The notes beneath the pieces were generated by a model. The model did not search any database, was not told the DNA's origin, and was given only the letters and a program-made list of their open reading frames with translations. This document shows positions 1 through 8,111 of a stretch of 64,000 bases of DNA, one piece after another (the first letter of the stretch is position 1; each line of letters begins with the position of its first letter). The DNA is taken from the IMG/VR virus record IMGVR_UViG_3300023084_000003; one strand, 5' to 3'. This DNA is from a virus. A program made the translations under genes and the position numbers.

Positions 1-17
1 ACGGAGTTTAATCTATA

Positions 18-971
18 ATGAGTATGATTCATAAAGGACATGTTGTCGAAACAGAGCTATCTAAAAACTCTAAAGGTGGCACAGAGATGATGCGCAAGCG
101 TCTTCTTGACAATGTTCCTTTCGACCTTCTTACTGATGTGGCAATTCATTTCTCAAGGCCACGAGAAATACCTAATGATGTAAAAAACATTTTGTATGCG
201 CACGATCTTGCAGAAGATCCTGAAAACAAAATCTTGCTAGACGGCGGGTGGGAAAAGTTCGACCATTTTGTATTTGTATCTGCTTGGCAACGAGATCAAT
301 ATATTTTGTATTACAACATTCCATATTCAAAGTGTACAGTAATTCCCAATGCTATTGAGAAGCGTTATACTGCAGAAGAAAAGAATACTGAAACCATTCG
401 ATTCATCTATCATACAACTCCTCACCGTGGTCTGGAGATAGTCTATGCAGTGGTAGATCAGCTTGCTAAGGAATATAAGAACATTCATTTAGATGTATAT
501 TCATCATTTGCGATTTATGGCTGGCCCCAACGAGATGATCCGTATGTAGATCTATTCACAAAGATTCATAATCATCCAAACATGACGTATCATGGATCTG
601 TTCCAAATGATGAAGTTCTAGAAGCGTTAGATAACTCGCATATCTTTTTGTATCCAAGCATTTGGAAAGAAACATCTTGTATTGCACTTATCGAAGCAAT
701 TCGTTCTGGTTTGGTTTGTATCCATCCAAACTATGGTGCACTTCCAGAAACAGCATCAAACGCAACTATCATGTATGACTATACAGAGAACCTGCAAGAC
801 CATGCAAACATGGCATATTCTATTGCAAAGTCAGTACTTGAGCAGCAGAAGAATGATGCTGGATGGATTAATCGCTTTACAAGATCAGATCGTTTTGGCT
901 TGACTCCTAACGACATTGCAACATATAGTCAACTTTGGACTAAACTTTTGAGAGACTTGCAAAATGGCTGA
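18..971 (+). CDS. Glycosyltransferase, GT-B fold (GT4-like)
   Basis: C-terminal FLYPSIWKETSCIALIEA carries the E-x7-E motif; IYHTTPHRGL; GGAG RBS upstream. Confidence 0.85.
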   Translation: MSMIHKGHVVETELSKNSKGGTEMMRKRLLDNVPFDLLTDVAIHFSRPREIPNDVKNILYAHDLAEDPENKILLDGGWEKFDHFVFVSAWQRDQYILYYNIPYSKCTVIPNAIEKRYTAEEKNTETIRFIYHTTPHRGLEIVYAVVDQLAKEYKNIHLDVYSSFAIYGWPQRDDPYVDLFTKIHNHPNMTYHGSVPNDEVLEALDNSHIFLYPSIWKETSCIALIEAIRSGLVCIHPNYGALPETASNATIMYDYTENLQDHANMAYSIAKSVLEQQKNDAGWINRFTRSDRFGLTPNDIATYSQLWTKLLRDLQNG

Positions 972-1323
972 CGATAATGTCGTCCAATTTCCTAAGATGA
1001 AGTTGGACGCACCGCCACAATCTGCGGAAGAACTAAAGAGTAAGCTTGACGAATATCGTATAAGATACTCTGAAGAAATCTCTGAAATGCTCTGGCAACA
1101 GGTATTAGCAGAGTTGGTAAGATCTGGGTGTCGCTTTGATGAAGACATAAAGACGTATTTCCCATCCATGATCTTAATTCTAGAGTCTATTCGATCTCTA
1201 CATCTATTAACTCAAAAGATCGAACATCCTCTACAGGACTTCGCCAAAGATTCTATAGAATTTGATGAAAATATTGCATCAATTGATGAATTAATGGTTG
1301 ACAATGAAGAGGATGAGTATTAA
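964..1323 (+). CDS. Hypothetical protein
   Basis: 119-aa acidic ORF overlapping the upstream stop; plausible composition. Confidence 0.7.
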   Translation: MADDNVVQFPKMKLDAPPQSAEELKSKLDEYRIRYSEEISEMLWQQVLAELVRSGCRFDEDIKTYFPSMILILESIRSLHLLTQKIEHPLQDFAKDSIEFDENIASIDELMVDNEEDEY

Positions 1324-1360
1324 TATATACTTAGATTAAACTGAAACATGAGACAATATT

Positions 1361-2221
1361 ATGGCAATCCTAGTTGATTATAACCAGGTTATCCTTGCTT
1401 CGCTATTCGCAAGTATAGGTAACCACACGAACATTGATATCGATGAGAATCTCATTCGACATATGTTCTTAAACTCAATCAGGGCAAACCGCAAAAAGTT
1501 TACCGAAGAATACGGTGAGATTGTAGTTTGCTGTGATGGCAAAAACTCTTGGCGGAGAGAAGCTTTCCCTTACTACAAAGCTAACCGTCGCAAATCTCGT
1601 GACGAGTCTGAAATTGATTGGAACAATCTATTCAATATCATGAATACTATTCGTACCGAGCTTAAAGAATTCTTCCCTTACAAAGTGATTCATATCGATC
1701 ATTGTGAAGCTGACGATATCATTGGCACGATCTGTCATGATAACGGTACTGAGCTCAACATTGGCGCTGAGAAGTATCTTGTATTATCGGGAGATAAAGA
1801 CTACATTCAATTGCAAACATATGAGAATGTAGATCAATACGATCCTATTCGTAAACGTTGGATTCGAAACGACAATCCAGATAAATATTTGAAGGAACAC
1901 ATCCTAAAAGGTGACACTGGCGACGGCGTACCTAATGTGCTTTCTTCTGATAATTGCTTAGCAATCGGCGAGCGTCAAAAGCCTATGACTCAAAAGCGTA
2001 TGGCTATGTTGCGCGAAGGCCCTGCTGCTATGGATGAAGAAACACTTAGACGCTATCATCGCAACAAGATGGTTATTGATCTAGGTGAAATTCCTGACAA
2101 ATATAAGCAGCAAATTCGTGAAGAATTTGGTAAAGATAAAGGCATCGGCAGAGAGCAGTTGTTTAACTTCTTTATCAAAAAGAAATTGAAAAACTTAGTT
2201 ACAGATATACAGGATTTTTAA
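1361..2221 (+). CDS. rnh: T4-like RNase H / 5'-3' flap exonuclease
   Basis: Motifs ILVDYNQ, WRREAFPYYKANR, EADDIIG, SGDKDYIQL, GDTGDGVPN. Confidence 0.95.
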   Translation: MAILVDYNQVILASLFASIGNHTNIDIDENLIRHMFLNSIRANRKKFTEEYGEIVVCCDGKNSWRREAFPYYKANRRKSRDESEIDWNNLFNIMNTIRTELKEFFPYKVIHIDHCEADDIIGTICHDNGTELNIGAEKYLVLSGDKDYIQLQTYENVDQYDPIRKRWIRNDNPDKYLKEHILKGDTGDGVPNVLSSDNCLAIGERQKPMTQKRMAMLREGPAAMDEETLRRYHRNKMVIDLGEIPDKYKQQIREEFGKDKGIGREQLFNFFIKKKLKNLVTDIQDF

Positions 2222-2652
2222 TGGCAGTAAAACTTTCAATCTCTGAGATTATTAGCAAGTTTGCTGATATGAATAAGACTGAGGATAAGGTAGAGTGGCT
2301 TAAGAAGAATGATTCTATGCCACTTCGTATGATTCTTCAGGCTACATATGATAGGAAAAGAGTAGAGTGGTTGTTACCAGAAACTCCTCCACCTTGGACA
2401 AAAAATGAATTCGAAGACGAAGCAAAGCAGCTACTTTACACAGAAGCTCGTCGTCTGAAGATCTTCATTAAAGGTGGTGGATATGATGATCTGAATCAAA
2501 CAAAGCGAGAAACTTTGTTTATTCAATTGTTGCAAGATATTGACAATGAAGATGCAGATCTACTTGCTAACTATTGCATTGCTCAAAAGCCCTTTAAAGG
2601 CTTGCAGAAGAAAACTATTAATAAAGCATTCCCGAATCTAATTGCAGAGTAA
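2221..2652 (+). CDS. Conserved T4-like phage hypothetical protein
   Basis: 143 aa, start overlaps rnh stop; resembles a protein often next to rnh in marine T4-like phages. Confidence 0.7.
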   Translation: MAVKLSISEIISKFADMNKTEDKVEWLKKNDSMPLRMILQATYDRKRVEWLLPETPPPWTKNEFEDEAKQLLYTEARRLKIFIKGGGYDDLNQTKRETLFIQLLQDIDNEDADLLANYCIAQKPFKGLQKKTINKAFPNLIAE

Positions 2653-2658
2653 GAACAA

Positions 2659-2847
2659 ATGGCTAAAGGTTTTAAGAAGTTTCGCGAAGAGTACGAAGAC
2701 GAATGGGGTTCATACGAAGAACGTAACAACCGCAAGGAATCGCGTATGAAGAATCGTAGGGACAACAGAAAGAACAAACTTTCTGAAAAATGGTATGACG
2801 TCGAAAGAGAAGACTTCAATCGACCAAATAAACGTCGAAAAAAGTAA
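2659..2847 (+). CDS. Small basic hypothetical protein
   Basis: 62 aa, R/K/E-rich, in operon position. Confidence 0.65.
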   Translation: MAKGFKKFREEYEDEWGSYEERNNRKESRMKNRRDNRKNKLSEKWYDVEREDFNRPNKRRKK

Positions 2848-2866
2848 AAAAAATTCATTTTATTTG

Positions 2867-2905
2867 AAAAAAAGGGTTGACATTTGGTTCCACATGTACT
2901 ATATT
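2867..2905 (+). promoter_or_regulatory. Early sigma70-type promoter
   Basis: A-tract + GGG TTGACA (2877-2882), 17-nt spacer, TATATT (2900-2905). Confidence 0.85.
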
Positions 2906-2939
2906 ATTAATATAAGGAATCAAACAAGGAACCTATACT

Positions 2940-3287
2940 ATGAAAAACGTAACATCTTTTGACAAAGCAACTCTTCAAGCTCTTCGTTCAGAAATGCAAG
3001 CAGTGCTTGACAAGTTTGGTGCTAACCTTCAGTTTGAAGTTGGTAACATGCGTTTTAGCGAAGCTGAAGTTGACATTAAAGTCAAAGCGGTTATCAAAGG
3101 TAAGCGTACTCGCTCTAACAGCCAACTTGAAATGATGGCTAAAATGCTTGGCCTTAAAATGGAAAATTCCCGTGGTGATCGTTTGACTGAGTATAAAGCT
3201 CGCAACACTAAATACCCGTTCATCTTCGAACGTGGCGGTAAAAGTTACAAATGCTCTGCGGATCAGGCAAAAATGCTATTCGCATAA
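2940..3287 (+). CDS. Early hypothetical protein
   Basis: 115 aa behind early promoter with AAGGA RBS. Confidence 0.8.
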   Translation: MKNVTSFDKATLQALRSEMQAVLDKFGANLQFEVGNMRFSEAEVDIKVKAVIKGKRTRSNSQLEMMAKMLGLKMENSRGDRLTEYKARNTKYPFIFERGGKSYKCSADQAKMLFA

Positions 3288-3292
3288 AAAAT

Positions 3293-3333
3293 AAAAAAAG
3301 GGGGTTGACATTCAATCCCCTTTTTACTATAAT
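3293..3333 (+). promoter_or_regulatory. Early sigma70 promoter whose -35 box lies in a terminator-like hairpin
   Basis: TTGACA 3305-3310, 17 nt, TATAAT 3328-3333; stem AAAAAGGGGGTTGA (3295-3308) / TCAATCCCCTTTTT (3312-3325). Confidence 0.85.
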
Positions 3334-3364
3334 AAGAATATAACATGAAATAAAGTGAGATACT

Positions 3365-3949
3365 ATGCTAAATGAAAAAGTAATACTAACAGATGCAGAT
3401 GGAGTTCTTCTTGACTGGGCTTACGCGTTTACTCAGTGGATGGAACGCCACAATTTTGAAATGCTTCCAGGCGGTGAAGCTGAATATGACGTAAACAAAC
3501 GTTATAACTTAACAATCGCTGAAAAAGAACGTATTGTTCGTATGTTCAACGAATCAGCTTGGATTCGCAAGCTTCCACCTTTACGAGATGCTATTAAGTA
3601 CGTAAAGAAGCTCCATGAAGAACATGGTTACGTTTTTCGAGTAATCACTTCACTAAGTAACGATACGTATGCTGGTCGTCTTCGTACTAAAAACCTTAAT
3701 GAGCTGTTTGGTCCTACAGTCTTTGAAAGCTTTACCTATTTGGATACGGGTGCCGATAAAGACGAAGCTTTAGAACCATATCGTGGTACTGGTTGTTGGT
3801 GGATTGAGGATAAACCTCAAAACGCTCAATTAGGTACTGAACTTGGTTTAGAGTCTATATTGGTAGATCATCCTTTCAATAAAGATTTTGATGCTCAATA
3901 CCGAGCAAAAAACTGGAAAGAAATTTATGATATTATCGTTGGAGTTTAA
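3365..3949 (+). CDS. HAD-superfamily 5'(3')-nucleotidase-like protein
   Basis: N-terminal DADGVL (DxDGV) motif and WIEDKPQN motif. Confidence 0.8.
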   Translation: MLNEKVILTDADGVLLDWAYAFTQWMERHNFEMLPGGEAEYDVNKRYNLTIAEKERIVRMFNESAWIRKLPPLRDAIKYVKKLHEEHGYVFRVITSLSNDTYAGRLRTKNLNELFGPTVFESFTYLDTGADKDEALEPYRGTGCWWIEDKPQNAQLGTELGLESILVDHPFNKDFDAQYRAKNWKEIYDIIVGV

Positions 3950-3958
3950 TGATACTAT

Positions 3959-3966
3959 TATAAATA
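3959..3966 (+). promoter_or_regulatory. T4-type late promoter TATAAATA
   Basis: Exact octamer in intergenic space. Confidence 0.7.
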
Positions 3967-4004
3967 AAGGTAAGCACAGGAACAAACTTGATTATGTAAC
4001 CTTG

Positions 4005-4035
4005 AGGCGATCTTCTGTGCAAGGTTGCCTTTTTT
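4005..4035 (+). terminator. Intrinsic terminator-like hairpin in the leader of the 4052 gene
   Basis: AGGCGATCTT / loop CTGTGC / AAGGTTGCCT followed by a T-run. Confidence 0.6.
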
Positions 4036-4051
4036 ATATTAAGGAGCATTA

Positions 4052-4288
4052 ATGCCCAAGTACACATTTAGAAATAATGAATCTAATGAAGTGTTCGACA
4101 TTACAATGTCAATTTCAGAACGTGATCAGTACGTTCAAGATAATCCTCACCTCACACAACTAATAACGGGTGCTCCAGCGATTGGTGATCCGCATCGTCT
4201 TGGCTTGAAGAAGCCAGATGACGGTTTTCGTGATGTACTAAGAAACGTTAAACATCATCATAAGAAGGATAACATTAATACATTTTAA
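4052..4288 (+). CDS. Small conserved protein, FmdB-like N-terminus lacking the Cys ligands
   Basis: MPKYTFRN...VFDITMS start; position before phoH; AAGGAG RBS. Confidence 0.65.
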   Translation: MPKYTFRNNESNEVFDITMSISERDQYVQDNPHLTQLITGAPAIGDPHRLGLKKPDDGFRDVLRNVKHHHKKDNINTF

Positions 4289-4312
4289 ACGTTATCCTAA
4301 ATAGGAGGTTTC

Positions 4313-5065
4313 ATGGCCAAACAAAAGCGCAGATTATCCCGAAGCGAGAAACGTAGAATGGAAAGAGAAATGGATCATATGGTTGGCATCTTAAACCAAA
4401 AGTTTTCGATGCGAAAGATAAACCCACTGACGCCGGCTCAATCTGATTTATTTGATTCTTACAAACAAGGATACAATCTAGCCGCCATTGGAACAGCAGG
4501 TACAGGTAAAACAATGTGTGCTATGTATTTAGCACTCAGCGATGTACTACAGAGAGGAGAGTATGAAAAGGTCGTCGTCATAAGATCTGCAGTTCAAACA
4601 CGCGAGCAAGGATTTATGCCGGGCAGTAAAGCCCAAAAAGAAGCGGTATTCGAACAACCATATACCGATATTACTAACGACTTATTCGACAGAGGAGATG
4701 CATATCAGATTCTAAAATCTAAAGGAATGGTGCAGTTTATGAGCTCATCATTCGTAAGAGGACTTACATTCGACAATTCAATTATTATTGTAGACGAATG
4801 TCAGTCTATGACTTACCACGAACTCGATTCAATTATCACTCGAGTAGGAGAATCATCTAAGATCATTTTCTGTGGTGATACTAAGCAGGACGACTTACAA
4901 CAGTCTCGTAACAGAGCAGATATTTCAGGACTTCATGATTTCATAAAAGTTCTTGAAGCAATTCCTAGCTTTGATGTTGTAAGATTTGGAGTTGACGACA
5001 TTGTCCGCTCAGGTCTTGTTAGAGAATATATCATCGCTAAAACGAGGCTACTAGAGGCCGCGTAA
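4313..5065 (+). CDS. phoH: PhoH-family ATPase
   Basis: GTAGTGKT Walker A, GFMPG, RGLTFDN, VDECQ, IIFCGD..Q.DL motifs. Confidence 0.95.
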   Translation: MAKQKRRLSRSEKRRMEREMDHMVGILNQKFSMRKINPLTPAQSDLFDSYKQGYNLAAIGTAGTGKTMCAMYLALSDVLQRGEYEKVVVIRSAVQTREQGFMPGSKAQKEAVFEQPYTDITNDLFDRGDAYQILKSKGMVQFMSSSFVRGLTFDNSIIIVDECQSMTYHELDSIITRVGESSKIIFCGDTKQDDLQQSRNRADISGLHDFIKVLEAIPSFDVVRFGVDDIVRSGLVREYIIAKTRLLEAA

Positions 5066-5072
5066 TAAATAG

Positions 5073-5106
5073 AAGGTAGGAGTCTCGTCGGCTTCTACCT
5101 TTTATT
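5073..5106 (+). terminator. Intrinsic terminator after phoH
   Basis: 12-bp stem AAGGTAGGAGTC / GGCTTCTACCTT followed by TTTATT. Confidence 0.75.
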
Positions 5107-5122
5107 CATTCAAGAGGTCAAC

Positions 5123-5425
5123 ATGCCACAAGTAGTCAGAAGAAATTCCGATTTTCATATTGGTCACGCTTCGCCCACACCAAACCCTTTTCACAAAACT
5201 CCATATACATCAACACCTCAAGGTAAAGTTTATGCACAAGGCGATCTTGTAGTCGTAGCCGGTGGATCTACTAGCTGCGGCGATGGCGCTGTGGGTAAAT
5301 CTGGAAAAGTGTTTGTTGCTGGTATTGGTGTGCATCGGGTGGGTGATGCTACAAGCGGACATGGATCGTGGGTTGCAAATGCTGCTGCTTCCGGATCTCC
5401 AAAAGTATATGCGGATGGTGATTAA
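5123..5425 (+). CDS. PAAR-domain spike tip protein (T4 gp5.4-like)
   Basis: His/Cys ligand pattern (HIGH, SCGD, HRVGDATSGHG) and GSPKVYA end. Confidence 0.85.
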   Translation: MPQVVRRNSDFHIGHASPTPNPFHKTPYTSTPQGKVYAQGDLVVVAGGSTSCGDGAVGKSGKVFVAGIGVHRVGDATSGHGSWVANAAASGSPKVYADGD

Positions 5426-5751
5426 TGCCTAATCCAGATTATGCAACGTTACTTGCTCAGATAGCACAAACACCGGCTGGCCCAGCTCGTGATGCTCTTA
5501 TTGCGCAAACATATCAATTTAACGAAGTACTCACTCCTGAAGAAGAGGAACTCTTTGCTTATTGCGAAGACGATTATATTGAGTACAATCCAGGAATAAA
5601 TAATTACAACAGTTTTTCACAGCCATATATGGCAGAAGGATACGTCGAGCTAGACGAGAACGGCGATCCTTTTGTAGTCATACCCAATTCAACGGGATTT
5701 ACTTCATATGTCGGCGTGTACTTTGATCCTACAACAGGGGAAACAACCTAA
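5425..5751 (+). CDS. Hypothetical protein, probably structural
   Basis: 108 aa, coupled by overlapping stop/start to PAAR and fibre genes. Confidence 0.65.
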   Translation: MPNPDYATLLAQIAQTPAGPARDALIAQTYQFNEVLTPEEEELFAYCEDDYIEYNPGINNYNSFSQPYMAEGYVELDENGDPFVVIPNSTGFTSYVGVYFDPTTGETT

Positions 5752-8111
5752 TGGCTATTACAAAAAGAGGAGATAAGGGCTCCGCACTGACATATAACGA
5801 GATGGACGATAACTTTGATGCTATCGCTCCTCGTACTTCTGAAACTGGATCTTTACAAGTTCCTGCCGGTACTACAGCGCAGAGAGATGCAAATCCGGGC
5901 GAAGGTTATATGCGATTCAATACTGTTACTAAACAGTTTGAAGGTTTCCAAGGTATTACATGGACTGGTCTTGGTACTGGCGGAGGCGGTGGTACACCGG
6001 GTGCGGATGGGCCACAAGGTACTCAAGGTACTCAAGGTATTCAAGGCTTCCAAGGCTGGCAGGGTACACAAGGAACTCAAGGAGTCCAAGGACTTCAGGG
6101 GACACAAGGTATTCAAGGTCGTGATGGCCAAGATGCAAATATGCAAGGTGCACAGGGTGTCCAAGGCACACAAGGTTTTCAGGGATATTTTGGACAGACT
6201 GGTCCTCAAGGTACAGATGGTGCAGATGCTCAAGGCATCCAAGGTATTCAGGGTTGGCAGGGTACAGACGGTGTAGATGGAGATCCCGGCCTTCAAGGTG
6301 CGCAAGGTTTGCAGGGTGAGCTCGGTTTCCAAGGTCCTGCTGGTAACGCACAAGGTGTACAAGGTCCAGAAGGTTTTCCTGGCCAGCCTGGACCACCCGG
6401 CCCACAAGGTATTCAAGGACCTGCAGCAGCTATGCAAGGTATGCAAGGTCATCAAGGTATTCAAGGTGATACTGGCTCCGGACTTCAAGGCATTCAAGGT
6501 ATGCAAGGCTTCCAAGGACAAGAAGGTCCTGGCGGTAATGCTGGTAATCAAGGTATTCAGGGGCCTGGTGGTGAAGCGAGTTTCCAAGGGATGCAGGGTA
6601 CTACTGGTATAGGTGTTCAAGGTCTCCAAGGTAATGATGGTTTCCAAGGTCCTGCAGGTTCTATTCAAGGTGTTCAAGGTTTCCAAGGAATCGGATTGCA
6701 AGGTCCTGCAGGTGCAGGCTCTCAAGGTATCCAAGGTATCCAAGGCTTTATTGGAGCCGGTGGTACTGGTCCACAAGGTATTCAGGGTAGTGATGGTTCG
6801 CCGGGTGCGGCATCTACTGTGCCGGGTCCACAAGGTTTTCAAGGATTGCAAGGTGCAGGCGGTACTCCTGGCACTAATGGTCAACCCGGCCCACAAGGTA
6901 TTCAGGGTACTGACGCGACAGGTACTCAAGGTTTCCAAGGTCCTGCTGGATCGAGTGGTGGAGAAGGCTTGCAAGGTAGCGATGGTATTCAAGGTATTCA
7001 AGGATCTCTTGGAATAGACGGGGCTCAAGGTATTCAAGGTATAGCAGGATCTTTGCAAGGTATTCAAGGTGCTGATGGCGCGCCGGGCGTAGGAAATCAA
7101 GGTGTTCAAGGTTTCACGGGTATTCAAGGTGCTGACGGCGGCGGTGGTGGCGCTTCTTCTGCAGATTACACGTTTACTGGTACAAATTTTGATACAACAC
7201 TTACCAAAGTTGATCCAACTGCCGCAAGAACTATTACACTTCCAGACACAAATGGTACAGTAGTTACTTCCAGTAGCAGTGGTCTAGTTCAAGTAGTTTC
7301 AGCATTTCAAGAATATCCGCAACTTTATCTTGCACATAGCGGCACTAGTTTCGCATCAGATGGTGCAAATATTAGATTCATAAAGGCAGGTCTTACAAGC
7401 CACACGACGAGCAGGTTAGGCGCACTTTCATTTGAAGGTAGAGATTCTAGTAACTTTTTACATCAATATGGTGTGTTCTCTCATTGGCTTCATGATAATA
7501 CGGCCGGAGCTGAAGAAAGTGAATTTAGATTCTTAGCGTTTAGAAACGGTGTATCAAATGAATTCTTAGCAATAAACAGAGAAGGTAGTAATGATGTAAG
7601 ACTTGGCTCAACAGTTAACCTTGATATGAATGGTAACGATATTATTGATACGCCGTTAATCACATCTACTGGAGCACTAGAGTTAACATCTGCTGCAAGC
7701 AGTAATATAATATTAGATTCGGCCGCAGACATAAGATTGGAGCCCGGTGTTGGCGCTCACATTGAACATATCGGTCCTACCACAGATCATTATTACAGTC
7801 TTGGTGGTATGAGTGGAAGTAGAACTATAGACCTTGAGGAAAGTAACTATTTTGCGGGTTCTTTACTTAGTACTGTAAACTTATCATTTATAAATGAATC
7901 TGCTACTTCAAACCAAGTGAATTGGTTCGTTTTGACGCTGACCAAAGTAACGAGTTCAGGCATTTCGATTACTTGGCCTAGTGAAGTAGATTGGCCTGGC
8001 GGCACAGCCCCGCCTGTTATGGGAACAAATGAAACAGATGCATACGCATTTTTTACAACTAACGGTGGAACAAGTTGGCTTGGTTTCCACGTTGGAGATA
8101 ATATGGTATGA
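5751..8111 (+). CDS. Collagen-like fibre protein
   Basis: N-terminal anchor (KGSALTYNEMDDNF, PAGTTAQR..GYMRFN), long G-x-Q triplet region, globular C-terminus. Confidence 0.85.
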   Translation: MAITKRGDKGSALTYNEMDDNFDAIAPRTSETGSLQVPAGTTAQRDANPGEGYMRFNTVTKQFEGFQGITWTGLGTGGGGGTPGADGPQGTQGTQGIQGFQGWQGTQGTQGVQGLQGTQGIQGRDGQDANMQGAQGVQGTQGFQGYFGQTGPQGTDGADAQGIQGIQGWQGTDGVDGDPGLQGAQGLQGELGFQGPAGNAQGVQGPEGFPGQPGPPGPQGIQGPAAAMQGMQGHQGIQGDTGSGLQGIQGMQGFQGQEGPGGNAGNQGIQGPGGEASFQGMQGTTGIGVQGLQGNDGFQGPAGSIQGVQGFQGIGLQGPAGAGSQGIQGIQGFIGAGGTGPQGIQGSDGSPGAASTVPGPQGFQGLQGAGGTPGTNGQPGPQGIQGTDATGTQGFQGPAGSSGGEGLQGSDGIQGIQGSLGIDGAQGIQGIAGSLQGIQGADGAPGVGNQGVQGFTGIQGADGGGGGASSADYTFTGTNFDTTLTKVDPTAARTITLPDTNGTVVTSSSSGLVQVVSAFQEYPQLYLAHSGTSFASDGANIRFIKAGLTSHTTSRLGALSFEGRDSSNFLHQYGVFSHWLHDNTAGAEESEFRFLAFRNGVSNEFLAINREGSNDVRLGSTVNLDMNGNDIIDTPLITSTGALELTSAASSNIILDSAADIRLEPGVGAHIEHIGPTTDHYYSLGGMSGSRTIDLEESNYFAGSLLSTVNLSFINESATSNQVNWFVLTLTKVTSSGISITWPSEVDWPGGTAPPVMGTNETDAYAFFTTNGGTSWLGFHVGDNMV
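6001..7145 (+). repeat. Gly-X-Gln collagen-like triplet repeat
   Basis: Recurring CAAGGT codon pairs; GIQGFQG/GTQGTQG peptide repeats. Confidence 0.9.

Noticed and set aside
5853-7127. 424-aa minus-strand ORF, plus alternative-frame plus-strand ORFs 5815-6276, 6277-6612 and 6613-7017
   Set aside because: Shadows of the collagen repeat: CAAGGT periodicity removes stops in other frames; low-complexity translations without RBS.
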